NCBI GenBank assembly: GCA_951406725.2
Contig: OX597817.1
Location: forward strand, 109,616,001-109,680,000
Reading direction: 5' to 3'
From: Octopus vulgaris
Taxonomy: Eukaryota
Length of the DNA stretch: 64,000 bases
Position 1 is the first letter of the stretch; every line of letters begins with the position of its first letter. Under the pieces are notes generated by a model that saw nothing but the letters and a program-made list of their open reading frames with translations, made no database searches and was not told where the DNA came from. The position numbers were made by a program, and so were the translations under genes. Shown here in pieces: positions 38,150 through 51,879 of this stretch.

Positions 38150-39262
38150 ATTTGTTGCAAAGGCAGACAAATGCCGAGCAGAATTTCTTTCTGTTTTGCA
38201 CGTTTTATGCTCAAATTCTACCGTGGTCAATTTTGCCTTACATCCTTCCAGGGGTGATAAAATAAGGCAGCAATGAAGTACTGGCGCCGAGGGTATGGTT
38301 TAACCTATTCCACCAAACATTTCTAGCCTTGTACCTATTCAGAAATTATAATAGCAGTCAATTTGCAGAACTTTTGGCCTGCTGTTATTTCTTCTAACGT
38401 TCTGAGTTCGAATTCCACTCAGGTTAACTTTGCCTTTTACTCTTCCACTGTCAACGGTATTGAATAATTTGCTTCTCCAAATTTCAGATCTTGTGTTTCT
38501 GATAGAAACAATAATTGTAATGATCATCAAGCTATTCAATCATTGTACCGCGGCCCAGAATCCAGAGTTTTCAGTCAATCACTATCACTTCAGTACATAT
38601 TTCAAACTGGCATTAACAGAAGGTGGCGAGCTGGCAGAATCGTTAGCGCGCTGGACAAAATGCTTAGCGGTATTTCGCCCGTCGCTATGTTCTGAGCTCA
38701 AATTCCGCCGAGGCCGACTTTACCGTTCATACTTTCGGTATCGATAAATTAAGTACCAGTTGCATACTGGAGGTTGCATACTGGAGGTTGATCTAATCGA
38801 CTAGCACCTCTCCAAAATGTCGGGCCTTGTGCCTAGAGTAGAAAAGATTATTCACATAACATAAGGCGGCGAGCTGGCAGAAACGTTAGCACACCGGGTG
38901 AAATGCATAGCCATATTTCGTCTGCCGTTACGTTCTGAGCTCAAATTCCGCCGAGGTTGACTTTGCCTTTCATCCTTTCGGGGTCTATAAATGAAGTACC
39001 AGTTACGCACTGGGGTCGATATAATCGACTTAATCCGTTTGTCTGTCCTTGTTTGTCCTCTCTGTGTTTAGCCCCTTGTGGGTAGTAAAGAAATAGGTAT
39101 TTTGCCCATCGCTATGTTCTGTGTTCAAATTCCGCCGAGGTCGACTTTACCTTTCATCCTTTCTGGGTCGATAAGTAACAGTGAAATTCTGGGGTCGAGG
39201 TGATCGACTTACCCTCTCCCCAAAAATTAAAGGCCTTGTGCCTATATTAGAAAGGATTATTC
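38150..39262 (+). mobile_element. Array of about 5 SINE type 1 copies
   Basis: Copies at ~38150-38345, 38390-38505, 38620-38850, 38864-39093 and 39095-39262. Confidence 0.85.
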
Positions 39263-40118
39263 ATATATGTTTTTCCCACTGTTTTGTAGAATAGTACACT
39301 TACTTATTATTTCTTTTCGATGTAGACACCATTATTTATTGTTCAATAGATTTTTGTCTAATCTTTACCAAGCAAGCCTAACTAATTTAATATGAAGCAC
39401 AGAGCAAAATGAAAGTATCTTTTAGAAGATTATTTTTTCTGCCACCATCTCAATTATTCTTCAATGTATAGCATAAATGAACGTTTCAAATTTAATTTAA
39501 ATATTCTATTTTACTGATCCTTCCCTGCCGTCCTCTATCTATAGACACACTTTTCTATATCTTTAGATTCTATCTCTTATGAACAATTGAGTCAAAATTA
39601 TGCATTATACGTAGTTATATAGGAGAATAAAATACGGTGGATACATTTAGTAGCATTTACTTCTTGATTTTTTACTGAGGAACTTGTAAGGTTTTGCTTC
39701 GTAGGGATATGATTAACATTTATAATACAGTAGAATTATACAAACATCACCGCCAAATGGCGAAGATGTATTTATAGTTAGAAAGAAAAAGACGAACGTC
39801 TTCGTACTTACAACTCCACGTTCAAAATAAGGTTTTTAGTTTACTATGTGGAATATAGTATGCTGTATCATTTGCATGACATCTTTTTTCGTACATTTTA
39901 TTCGAATAGTTTTCTTTTATTCCTTTCCTGGTAGCAGTAGTAATTTATTGTCTAATGTGAAACAAAGTGTGAAAGTTCCAATGCCGATAAAGTGTAGTAT
40001 TTTGCATTGCGTTTACGAAGATAATCGTTATTTTCCGTCATCTGTATTCAAAATATAGGACAGACTTAATGTCGTGTGTTCTAATTTACACACACACAAT
40101 ATTAGTTTGTGAGTGTGG

Positions 40119-40160
<42 letters not shown>

Positions 40161-40370
40161 CAGTGTGTTTAAAAACATACTTCCATGGGTAGTTGAAAAG
40201 AATAATCAAAATTGAAACTAATCCAGCTATTTCATAGTTTTTGGGAAAGAATATGTTTAATTAGAGATTATTTCACAAAGTTAATGTTTGCACTTAGAAG
40301 GGGGACTTGGAACAAAAGATGACAATATGTAATATGAAGAAATGTATGATCAGGTTATTTAATCCACCAT

Positions 40371-40413
<43 letters not shown>

Positions 40414-40462
40414 GACATATACATATATGCATGTATATATGTGTGTATGTGTGTGTGTGTGT

Positions 40463-40840
40463 GGAGGCACAATGGTCTAGTGGTTAGGGTAGCGGAATCG
40501 CGGTTGAAGGATCGCGGTTTCGATTCCCAGACCGGGCGTTGTGAGTGTTTATTGAGCGAAAACACCTAAAGTTCCACGAGGTTCCGGCAGGGGTGGTGAC
40601 AAACCCTGCTGTTCTCTTTCACCACAACTTTCTCTCACTCTTTCTTCCTATTGCTGTTGTACCTGTATTTCAAAGGGCCAGCCTTTTCACACTCTGTGTC
40701 ACGCTGAATCTCCTCGAGAACTACGTTAAGGGTACACGTGTCTGTGGAGTGCTCAACCACTTGCACATTAATTTCACGAGCAGGCTGTTCCGTTGATCTG
40801 ATCAACTGGAACACTCCTCATCGTAACCGACGGAGTACCA

Positions 40841-40881
<41 letters not shown>

Positions 40882-41075
40882 TATCTGTTTGTCCCCCCAC
40901 CGATGTTGATGTGTTTACATCCCCGTAACTTAGCAGTTTGGCAAGAGAACCGTTAGAATAAGTACTAAGCTTACAAAGAATTAGTCCTGGGGCCGATTTG
41001 TTCAACTAAATGCGATGCTCCAGCATGGTTGTAGCCAAGCCCCAGCATGACCGCGGCCTTCGGGCTAAAACATTT
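40463..41075 (+). mobile_element. SINE type 3 (40463-40840), then (TA)n, a SINE type 2 tail (40880-41030) and another CR1-type tail variant (41040-41075)
   Basis: Alignment by eye with 11930-12314 and 19100-19280; ccagcatgaccgcggccttcgggctaaaaca at 41042-41072. Confidence 0.85.
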
Positions 41076-41089
41076 TAAAGGATTTAATG

Positions 41090-41126
<37 letters not shown>

Positions 41127-41874
41127 CTCAAACCAGCAACTCTCCAAATCCCAGGGAATGTTCTAAGGGGATCTGTTTTTTATGGGCTGCCTAACTGGGA
41201 CCCCACTGACACCTACCCCCCCAATTTTTACTGCATTTACCTCGCTCCTACACTTATTTATCAGCATCAGTGCTTAACCCATTTGCAGAAATAGGTTTTG
41301 GTATTCTAAATACCTTCACGTACATTCAAATTGAGATAAAGTGTTATAACAGGTACGTTTCAGGTGTAGTAGTGTGGATATTTATATTTTGTAGTTTATG
41401 AAACTTATGTTTAGCTGGAAAACGAATCTTCCTGTTCCGGTTACAGTACCTCACTGAAGATTTGTAATATAAACTAGACTGAGAATGAGATGAAATGGAT
41501 CCTATTCGTTTTCTCCCAATTCCATTTTAATATTTTTTCGGAAATGGCGAAGTGATGCAAAAATTATGATAGCTATGATAGTCATACATTTCACTTGCTT
41601 AGTGCGAATAGAGGCTCAAGTCAAAAAAATATTAACTGAGTTAATTACTACAATCAATTTTGAAGCACATATAACTCCGTGAAAATGTTACAAATTTTCA
41701 TCGTCTAAGTAACATGGCAAATGGATCCCGATGGCCTCAAAGGTGCCCTCCGCAGAAACTAGCCTGAATGCCGCTCGAAGGACAGGTTCAAGGCTAATAT
41801 ATATATATATATATATATACATACTAGAAACAGAAACATAGCAAGTCCCAAGATCATTCAATGCAAAATATATT

Positions 41875-42070
41875 CTTTTCTACTCTAGGCACAAGGCCCG
41901 AAAGTTTTGGAGATGGGTCCATTCGATTAGATCGACTCCAGTACGCAAATGGTACTTAATTTATTGACCTCGAAAGCAGGAAAGGCAAAGTCGACCTCGG
42001 CAGAATTTGAACTCAGAACGTAAAGACAGACGGAATAAGCATTTCGCCCGGCGTGCTAACGTTTTTGCCT
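41875..42070 (-). mobile_element. SINE type 1 with 18-bp TSD
   Basis: TSD ttcaatgcaaaatatatt at 41857-41874 and 42071-42088. Confidence 0.92.
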
Positions 42071-42947
42071 TTCAATGCAAAATATATTGCAACATGTAAA
42101 AACCTGGCTTTTAATATTAAGCCTATTTTAATGTATTTTAACTATATTTCATTATCATTTTTAGTACATTTAAGTATTATATGATAAACACAATATTATC
42201 ATCATTAAAAGCACGGGTACATTAATTCATATATATTTACATTATTATCGATCTGAAATTTAATTTTTTCTTGAACTTTTCGCTGAACTCATGCGCAAAA
42301 GATTATTCAGATAATTTAGTGATAGTCTGAGACAAGAAAAATTGATTTTATTGGTAAATTATAGACTTTTTAAAGCTTCTATGCCGCAGAGAGAAAAATT
42401 TTCTCACGTTTCGGATCGAATCATTCATCGGAGACAGAATTTTTGTTCTTTATTTCTATTGTTTTCAGTTATCAAAGTGTGAAGACTGAGAGCTTCTGGA
42501 AACAAGTGAGAAGAAAGAAGTAGGAGAAAGAGAAAGGAAGATAAATTAAAAGAGTCCTTGGGGAAGAAATGGATTGAAGAAATAAGGGGGTTTATTATTT
42601 ATTAGTCAACGTAAAGCAGGGTGAGAGTGTCAGTTAGAGGTGACTGGATTCGTATACAGTAATGTCAATGACATTATGTGTACTATGTGAAGGCGCGAGT
42701 AACTCTCTCACAGATCACTCATTATCCACCTACTATCTGCACTAATCAATAAATCCACTTCTTCCTTTATCTTTCCCAATATTCTCCTTCACTATGTTCG
42801 CAGACTATAATACTTTATTCACTATTATGATATTTTGAGCTTTTCTCTTTCCAACGGAAGAACTCGGTTCGTAACCTCAGTAAATTCGTCGTACAACGGA
42901 ATACGAATCTGAGAAAGCTTACTGCCAATATATATATAGGTGTCTAA

Positions 42948-43820
42948 AGACGTTCTGAGTTCAAATTCTGCCGAGGTCGACTTTGCCTTTCATCCTTTCG
43001 GGGTCGATAAATTAAGTACCAGTTACGCACTGGGCTCGATATAGTCGACTTAATCCGTTTGTCTGTCCTTGTTTGTCCTCTCTGTGTTTAGCCCCTTGTG
43101 GGCAGTAAAGAAATAGATATTTCGTCTGCTGCTACGTTCTGAGTTCAAATTCCGCCGAATCCAACTTTGCCTTTCATCCTTTCGGGGTCGATTAAACAAG
43201 TACCAGTTACGCACTGGTGTCGATATAATCGACTTAATCCGTTTGTTTGTCCTTGTTTGTCCCCTCTGTGTGTAGCCCCTTATTGGCAGTAAAGAAATAA
43301 GAAACGTTATTGTGCCGAGTAAAATGCTTTTATCGAGATCGCTTATTTTATCGAGATCGATAAAAAAAAAAGTGAGCACCGGGATCGATGTGATCGACAT
43401 ACACTCAACCCTGAAATTGCTGAACCTGTGCCAAAATTTGAAACCTATATATAGGTAGCTGAAGGCGGCGAGATAGCAGAAAGGATATCGCGCCGGATAA
43501 AATGGTTAACGGCATTTCATCCATCTTTACGTTCTCAGTTCAAATTTCGCTGAAGTTAACTTTACCATTCGTTCTTTTGAGGTCGATAAAATAAGTGCCA
43601 GTTTAGCACTAGTAATCGACTTACATAGTGTGATTGAATTACATCTTTCCCCGAAATTGCTGGCCTAGTATCAAAATTTGAAAATTTGAAAGCAATATAT
43701 AGGTGATTAAATGATAGGATCCTTAGAGGATTGGACAGAACTATCTCGACTTATGTTCCGTCTCACAGTATAAATTCTACTGGAGTCAACTTTTCCATTC
43801 ATTCTTTTGTGATCGATAGT
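42948..43820 (+). mobile_element. Head-to-tail array of about 5 SINE type 1 copies
   Basis: Near-identical units 42948-43113 and 43115-43298, then diverged units to ~43820. Confidence 0.88.
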
Positions 43821-44105
43821 TTGCAAGAACCATGAGACTTTCGGACTGAGTGTCTTGCATTGTTTATTCTTTCTCTTTGCATTCTTGGTTCAAAGCCCAC
43901 CCACAGCTCAACTTGGGTGGTAGACTTAATCCCTCACCCGCTTTAGCACCACCACTTCGCAACTTATATAACTTTAGTAGGGTTCGCTCTATTACAAGTA
44001 TTTGCGACGGGCCACCGTTTGAGGATAACTTACTCCCTCTGACCAGTCTCGGAAGCCCTGAGAAGGGTCATGAACACGACCGTTTTTTTCTGACTAAAAA
44101 GAATT

Positions 44106-44149
<44 letters not shown>

Positions 44150-44182
44150 ACGCACACACACATACATGTGTAAATATATATT

Positions 44183-44525
44183 GGTTTCAAATTTTGGCAA
44201 AGGCCAGCAAATTCAGAGGAAGGATTAAGTCGATTACATTGACCCTAGTGCTAAACTGGTACTTATTTTATCGACCTCAGCGGAATTTGAGCTCAGTCGT
44301 AAAGATGGACAAACTGCTGCTAAGCATTTTGCCCGGCGTGCTAACGATTCTGCTAGCTCGCGCCTTGTGTAGATGTATGCATTGCTTTCAAATTTTCGCA
44401 CAAGTCCAGCAATTTCGGGATAGGGTAAGTCGAGTATATTGATTCCCAGTGCTCCGTAGGTACTTATTTAATTGACCCCGAAAAGATGGAAGGCTAAGTC
44501 GAAGTTGAACTCAGAATGTAGTAGA
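44183..44525 (-). mobile_element. Two partial SINE type 1 copies (tail C)
   Basis: tttcaaatttt.gc.(c)aag.ccagcaa tails at 44185 and 44386, with central-domain remnants. Confidence 0.75.
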
Positions 44526-44610
44526 CGTGTGTATCAACTTAAAATTTTTTACTTATATGTATTCATACAAATGTATAATTTTCCATTTACACACACGTAC
44601 ACACACACAC

Positions 44611-44644
<34 letters not shown>

Positions 44645-45252
44645 TTATATATATATATATACTTATGAACGAACGCACATGCATAAAAGCATCATACAGA
44701 GACAGACTGACAGATAACTTGAAAATTATATTAGACAACATGAGCATGCATTTCAAACAGAAGAGAGAAACTGTGCCACGTAACCTACATATGTATTTAT
44801 GTTTGTATATCAACACGATTCTCTTTGGTCGACTTGTATTCGTGTCAGAAGTAGAAGAACAAAGCCTCATTAACTTATGTGATCATTCACGCAAACGAAG
44901 TCATGTATGTAGATGCGCGCGTGAATGTGTGCACGCGCACCTACGTGCGTATACGTGAGTTTCTACACGTGTGTGATCGTGTTTGTGCATGTGCACGGTT
45001 GTATTCATGTATGTGTATTTATGAGTTTTTGTGTGCGTGTGCTTTTGGTAGCTTACTTGCTTGTCTCTGCTTGTAAAAGAATGCATAAATAAATGCGTAG
45101 AGAATGTTGTTGATAAATATAAATCCTTCGACATAGATATGTGTGCATCGATATATCAACCAATCTTTTTCTCCCTCCCTCTCTTCCTCCTCTCTCTCTC
45201 TCTTGCTTTCCCTGTTTCTTCGACTCTCCCTCTCTCTCTCTCTCTCTTATTC

Positions 45253-45325
<73 letters not shown>

Positions 45326-45422
45326 TGACCGGTCTATGAGGTTACTCTGGGTTTCACGTCCATTAATCGCTTTAGCTTTACAATGTTTCTTCAGATCCTA
45401 GGCCTATGGCCTCTCTAGCAAG

Positions 45423-45508
<86 letters not shown>

Positions 45509-45511
45509 GGA

Positions 45512-45820
45512 GGACCACTCCGTCGGCAACGACGACGAGGGTTCCAGCTAATGCGATCAACGGAACAGGCTGCTCGTGAAATTAACGTGCAAGTGACTGA
45601 GCACTCCACAGTCACGTGTACCCTTAACGTAGCTCGAAGGGAGACTCAGCGTGACACAGAGTGACACAGAGTGTGTAATACAGGTACTACTCATTTTTGC
45701 CAGCTGTGTGGAACAACGTGAAAGAAAGTGTTTTGCTTAAGGACACAACGCATCACCGTGAATTGAACTCACGACCTTACGATCGTGAACCGAATGCCCC
45801 TACCCACTACGCCTTCAGAC
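45512..45820 (-). mobile_element. tRNA-derived SINE sharing the type 3 3' half but with a different centre
   Basis: The 3' half (acgttaagggtacacgtg..ccgacggagtg) is shared with type 3; the centre cgttgtgtccttaagcaaaacactttctttcacgttg differs. Confidence 0.75.
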
Positions 45821-45848
45821 ACACACACACAAATACATCCACACACAG

Positions 45849-45889
<41 letters not shown>

Positions 45890-46590
45890 CATAACTACAT
45901 AATGTATGGATGTGTGTGTGTGTGTGTGTGTCTGTGTGTGTGTGTGTGAATGTGTGTGTACATATATTTATGTATTTATTTGCATGTGTGTGTGTGTGTG
46001 TGTGTGTGTTAGTGCAACTGAGTTATTGTACAAACACACATTTTAATATAAGTGCATGGTTATATAACTAGCAGCAGCTATCGTGCATTTCTTTGATGGC
46101 TATTTCATATTTTCTGTAGATAGAATATCCATATTTCTCTTATATCTTTACTATTTGGCATTATTCCCCATAATATTACTACGAACATATTTGGTTTAAA
46201 TCTGATCAATATATATATGTATATCGTGAACATACATTGGAAGTGTTTCTGAAAGGAAGAGCTATGCTGAAGAATTTCAAAAAGTGTTGCTTTAGGATGC
46301 TTAGAAATATTGACACATTTTTTTATCGAATCTATATATATGCAAATATATATGAGGTTTGCATGTTTCTACATTTATAACATATTATTATTCAGAAACA
46401 TATATGCGAAGATAGACAAATTTCTTTCAATATATGGACATAATACCAATACACACACATAGATACATCCGCACACATATAAACACATACATATACATAT
46501 ATAAAGATAGCTAGGTACATACATACGCATACATAAAGACAGATACATAAACATACATAGATACATACTCATACATAAAGATAGATAAGC

Positions 46591-46670
<80 letters not shown>

Positions 46671-47084
46671 GGGCAGGCATTTATTTTTATCAATTATCGC
46701 CCCCGTTTATGAACCTTGACAGGGACATTGAGAGGCGGATTTACTATCTTCTCAAGCAGAAAGATACGATACAGAAGTAATTCACATAAAACAAAAACAA
46801 AAAAATGGAAAGAAACTGGATACAGTTGGTGTAAGCAAATTAAATTTCCCAGAAAAACAAGACCACCCCAAGCTATTGAAACCCAAACCTCAAAAACATA
46901 ACTATATTTTAATCTTCTTTATTCTCCATGATATCTGAATGAAATTCAATAATACAAAAGCCTTCCTAAATTTGATCCTGATTCACTATCCTACATGTCA
47001 CATAGATTCCAAGGTATTTAACCAACAAATAATTCCTTTCTGGAATATCTCGAAGCACACGCATTAAATTATAAATAATCCTTT

Positions 47085-47900
47085 CTCATTTTGGCATAAT
47101 GCTAGCAATTTTGAATAATGAGGAAGTAAATTACTTCAATGTATTTTATCGACCCCGAAAGCAAAGTCTCGGCGGAATTTGAACTCAGAATGTAAAGACG
47201 GTAAAGATTCTGCCAGCTTGCTGCCTATTAAAAAATAGCCAGCATGCTACTATCTCATTGCTCTAAACAAAGCTATGCATAATTTCAAAGTTATGCCCAA
47301 GGTCAGCAGGTTTTAAGGGGAACAGTAATTTTATCGACTCTGAAAAGATAGAAGGTAAAATCGACCTCGGAGAAATTTGATCTTAGAACGTAAAGACGAA
47401 ATGGCAGTAAGCATTCTGTCCGGCGGTGTAACGGTTCTGCCAGCCTTTCTAAAGGAAGCTGTGAATAATCTTTTCTACTATAGGCACAAGGCCTGAAATT
47501 TTAGAGGAGACGACTAGTCGATTACATCGACCCCAGTACTCGAAAAAGACTTATTGCATCGACCTCGAAAGGATGAAAGGCAAAATCAACCTTCACGGAA
47601 ACTGAACCTAAGAAGTAAAGAGGGACGAAATTTCGGTATGCATTTTATTCGGCATACTAACGGTTCTGCCAATTCGCCGCCTTCTAATGCCCTAAATAAT
47701 GGTTTCAAATGTTGGCACACGGTCAGCAAGTTCGTGGGAAGGGACTAGTTGGTAACATCGACCACAGTGCTCAATTTGTACTCATTTTATCGAACCGTCA
47801 TAACGAAATGCAAATTCGACCTCAGCGGAATTTGAACTCAGACTGATGAAATGCCGCTAATCATTTTTCTCGGCGTTCTAATGATTCTGCCTGTTCACCG
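47085..47900 (-). mobile_element. Array of about 4 diverged SINE type 1 copies
   Basis: Repeated ttatcgac..gaaa..cggaatttgaactcaga..ttctgcc blocks at ~190-230 bp spacing. Confidence 0.8.
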
Positions 47901-48786
47901 ACTGCTAAAACTATAAATAATAAGCATGTAAATGCTAAATTTAAAATCTCTTTTATGTATACATGTATACAGGAGATGTGGGCTCGCGTTCCATGGACAG
48001 CCTTCGACTTTTTCTACCTGAAAGGGATTTTTAACCCAATATTTACATGGTATTATTAATAGCCTTTCGTGCATGCTTCGAGATATTTCACATTCTCTCG
48101 AAAATTATGAGATGAGAAATTTCGTCACAGATACCTCCAATCACCCGGTAGCAAATTCAATTATTCGAATAATCCCATCAATCTAGTTACCGGAGAAGAT
48201 AATTGCAAATGTCAAATTGCAGAATTTTTCTATTTTTTACGACGACAATTTTAAATCAATAAACACCTTTGGTTCACTACATTAGGTATGTTAGCACTTC
48301 TCCCACTCTTTAAAGCCGTCCTTGTGTCACTCCCAATCTGCTCATACAGCTAGAAATAGATTGAGTAGTGATCGTATCTTTGTAATATTAAAAGTGACTG
48401 CTGTCATGTATGCATTGCTGAATGTTTTTAAGACTCTGCTTGATTAGACTGAAGCCAGGACCCGTTGATCATATCTATGACCAAAGAAGCTCAGGTTATG
48501 ATCAACTCAACTTTGTGTAAATAGTAATGCAGGGTCTGATATATCATTCATCATTTAGGACATTAGTTTCTAATTTGAAAGAAATCCGTGTGCTATTTCC
48601 GGTATTTGGTAGATTTCTAGGTTAAATCAAGAAGTGAATGTTAGTGTTATATGCGTCGGAATAGTTATAAGGAAGGTGGGGAAGAAATTTATTAATATTT
48701 GGGAAGAAGAAAACGGTAGACATAACCGAAACATTAGTAACAGCAAGGTTAAGAGAAAGTAGATAAGAGATACCAAGTGTTTTTTT

Positions 48787-48839
<53 letters not shown>

Positions 48840-48979
48840 GATCATATGGTCAGGAAAACATGGAAATTTTCACTGACAGAAAATATGGATTTGACAGAAA
48901 ATATGGAATGTCCTGATGTGAAATACGAAGACATATCGCACACAAGTAGATTCAGTTAAAGCTTCTAGTTTAGTAATTT

Positions 48980-49600
48980 AGCTAAGATGCTTTCAAAGTA
49001 GGCAATAGTTAAAACTAATAGATGTGTTACTTAGTAACTTTCCATGCCAAGCATGGTCAAAGTGTTATGAGATGAAGGAGCATCTTTTCCGTTGAAGTTC
49101 CCGAGGCTAGAGAACAATGGTGTGCATATTAGGAGAGTAGATATTTACATGCTCATGACTCTAAGATAGTAGTATTGATAGTCGTTAACAATGGAACTAT
49201 ATTAAATGTAATAAAGTGAATGGATTTTTACGTCTGTTTTCATCACCTTTGAGATATTGAGAGGAAAGGCGACAGTTAAGTTAGATAACAAGATCGCATA
49301 GATTGCTCTTGCTGGTAACGTGACAGACTGTTATGTGTTGCTATAGAAAGTAGCAGATCCCCGTGAAGGAGAATGATTGAAAAGTCTAATGGTGATAGGA
49401 GCTAGTTCGGAAACGCATTATTTCGGGATAATAAAAGGAATAACACCAAGACATATTGCCTTACTAAGAGGATCAAATGAATATACACAACCAAGAAAGT
49501 AGGAGAGACACAAGTGTATTGGAGAAGCATTGTTCGGAATGGAGTTTGCTTTTATGCGTGCAGAGAGGAATTGGAAATAAAACGAATTGCATTTGGTATG
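48980..49600 (-). pseudogene. Highly degenerate Jockey/CR1-type LINE RT fossil
   Basis: Manual minus-strand translation gives DPLSKAICLGVIPFIIPK*CVSELAPITIRLF, NISKVMK, IVNDYQY and NTFDHAWHGKLL, in the expected RT motif order. Confidence 0.65.
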
Positions 49601-49794
49601 ATTTTAACATCACAAATGGATACCTACTGTGCCAACTGAAGAATTAATTGAAGAAAGTGGATGGGGGATATCTACGTAGGTAATAGAAATCATTTTCTTA
49701 TACAGGCCCACACACACATATATGATATAAAATTTATACAAATAACATAATATAAATGAATATATATATATGTGGGTATATATATATATATATG

Positions 49795-49848
<54 letters not shown>

Positions 49849-50055
49849 TGTGTCTGTGTCTCTGTGTGTGTCTGTGTCTACAAACAGAAAAATGGAATTC
49901 AAAACATGAGCATGTATTTCGTTTTTATTATTCGCCAAAAGTTAAAGAGTGAGTCAAGGGACGAGAGTTTCGTGCATTGATATGCATGAAACTCTCGATA
50001 TGAATGTTTCCCTATGTGTATGTGTTTTACGTTTTCGACATACATAAACACATAC

Positions 50056-50107
<52 letters not shown>

Positions 50108-50294
50108 TACAAAATTAGAGAATGGAGAAACATACTTAAATCAATAAAACATCAACTATCCGATGATACCCAATCAATACTTTAATACACCATTACATAT
50201 GAGTAGAGGCATTATACAAAAAGAGATATACATTAATAGTAAAAAGATAAAGAGATATAAGTAAAAAAAAAAAAATTCAAATATAATATGCAAT

Positions 50295-50418
50295 TAATCA
50301 AAACTGACAGCTGTTTCGGCAGTGAGGGCAGTCATACCTCATTTAACCTATAAGCCATAAAGGCAGGTATAAATGAGGCATTAACAAGGATGCCCCACGG
50401 CCTCTTCAGAGAATTAAA
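50295..50418 (-). ncRNA. Type I hammerhead ribozyme with canonical core and 85-nt stem II
   Basis: Minus strand: UUAAUU-CU CUGAAGA (50409-50403) GGC..stem II..GCC GAAA (50317-50314) CAGCUG UC AG-uuuu-GAUUAA. G10.1-C11.1 pair is present, stem III is the palindrome ACAGCUGU, and the cleavage triplet is GUC (cut after 50306). Confidence 0.8.
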
Positions 50419-50764
50419 TTAAATTTGTTATAATTGTGAAAAATATTATATAATCATATACATATAAATATAAAAATATAAAAATGTAAAATATAAAAAC
50501 TTATACATCATAATGCTACACTTATATAATATAATACACATTGGTACAATAAAGGAAGGTAAACAGAACAAAATAAAACAAAATATATATCAGTGTATAT
50601 ATTAATATTAATAAGTACCGATATTATACATATTTGGCTAATATTTTTTTTTTTTTTTTTTTTTTAAAAACCTAACACATAGGGAGATGAAAAATAATAA
50701 TTAAAACCATGGTTCAGTTCATAAAATTCTAAAGCTATAAAAGTTAATAAAAAATACTATTAAT

Positions 50765-50831
<67 letters not shown>

Positions 50832-51879
50832 GATACAGTTAAGTTTGCACAAAGTCCATCCTTTCAAGAACGAAATAACTATGAGTTTAGAAATGCTGAC
50901 CACTAGGTAAAGAAAATTTAGATTAATTCGATTGGCTATTGGTTTGAAATTTAAATCACAAAAGAAAATTATACGGTTGGTTAGTCAAGGAACGCCAATA
51001 TTCACACACGCATCTACAGATCAATCGCACATACACACATAGTTATATGTATATACATACACTTATACGCATACATAATCACAAGCAACAACTAGCACAT
51101 AGATAAACAAAAAGGGAAGCAACTATGCTACCATTTAGTCCTACAAAATTATAACTGTGCCTCAAATACCGAAAAAGAACCATCCATGCCTTTCATAAAA
51201 TATTTAATTTAGATATAAATATATTTTTAAATATCAGTATGTTACTAAGTCAGATAATTATTTCATGGGTAACTTAAAATTTATAACACCGGTTTGTTGC
51301 ATAGTAAACATACGGTTGTTAGATTTATCGTAAGTTTGTTATGATTCCAAGTACGCTAAAATATAAAATAAAAAATATAAAATATATATTAATTTATATA
51401 TTATAAATAAATCACATATTTACTTAATAAATTTAATGCCATAATATACCAGTTTAGGTATTAAAAAATAGAAGGGGAAGTACTAATGTAAACGCTTATG
51501 AGAACATCACAGAAATTTTTAAAAAATTTATATTATAAATACTTAAGATAAAATGCGATAAAATAAATAAGAAGGAATAAACACGAAGGAATAAATACGG
51601 TTATACACATATTATAAGTACAAACCAGTATATATGTATACATATATTATTAAAATTTAAATAAAAATAAATGATAGATATGTATGTATAAAACTACCCT
51701 AGTATAAGTAAATAAGTAAAAAATAAATAGATAACAAATTAGATGACTTGATATGTATGTAAACATCCACACTTAAATAGGCAAATAAATAAATAATTAG
51801 TAGACTAAATGCAGAGATTGATAACATTACAATAAAATAAAAAAATAAATAAAGTGAATATATATGTTATATTAAACCA

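Noticed and set aside
42850-42885. acggaagaactcggttcgtaacctcagt as a hammerhead
   Set aside because: Both core segments deviate (CGGAAGA, GUAA); indistinguishable from chance without paralogs.
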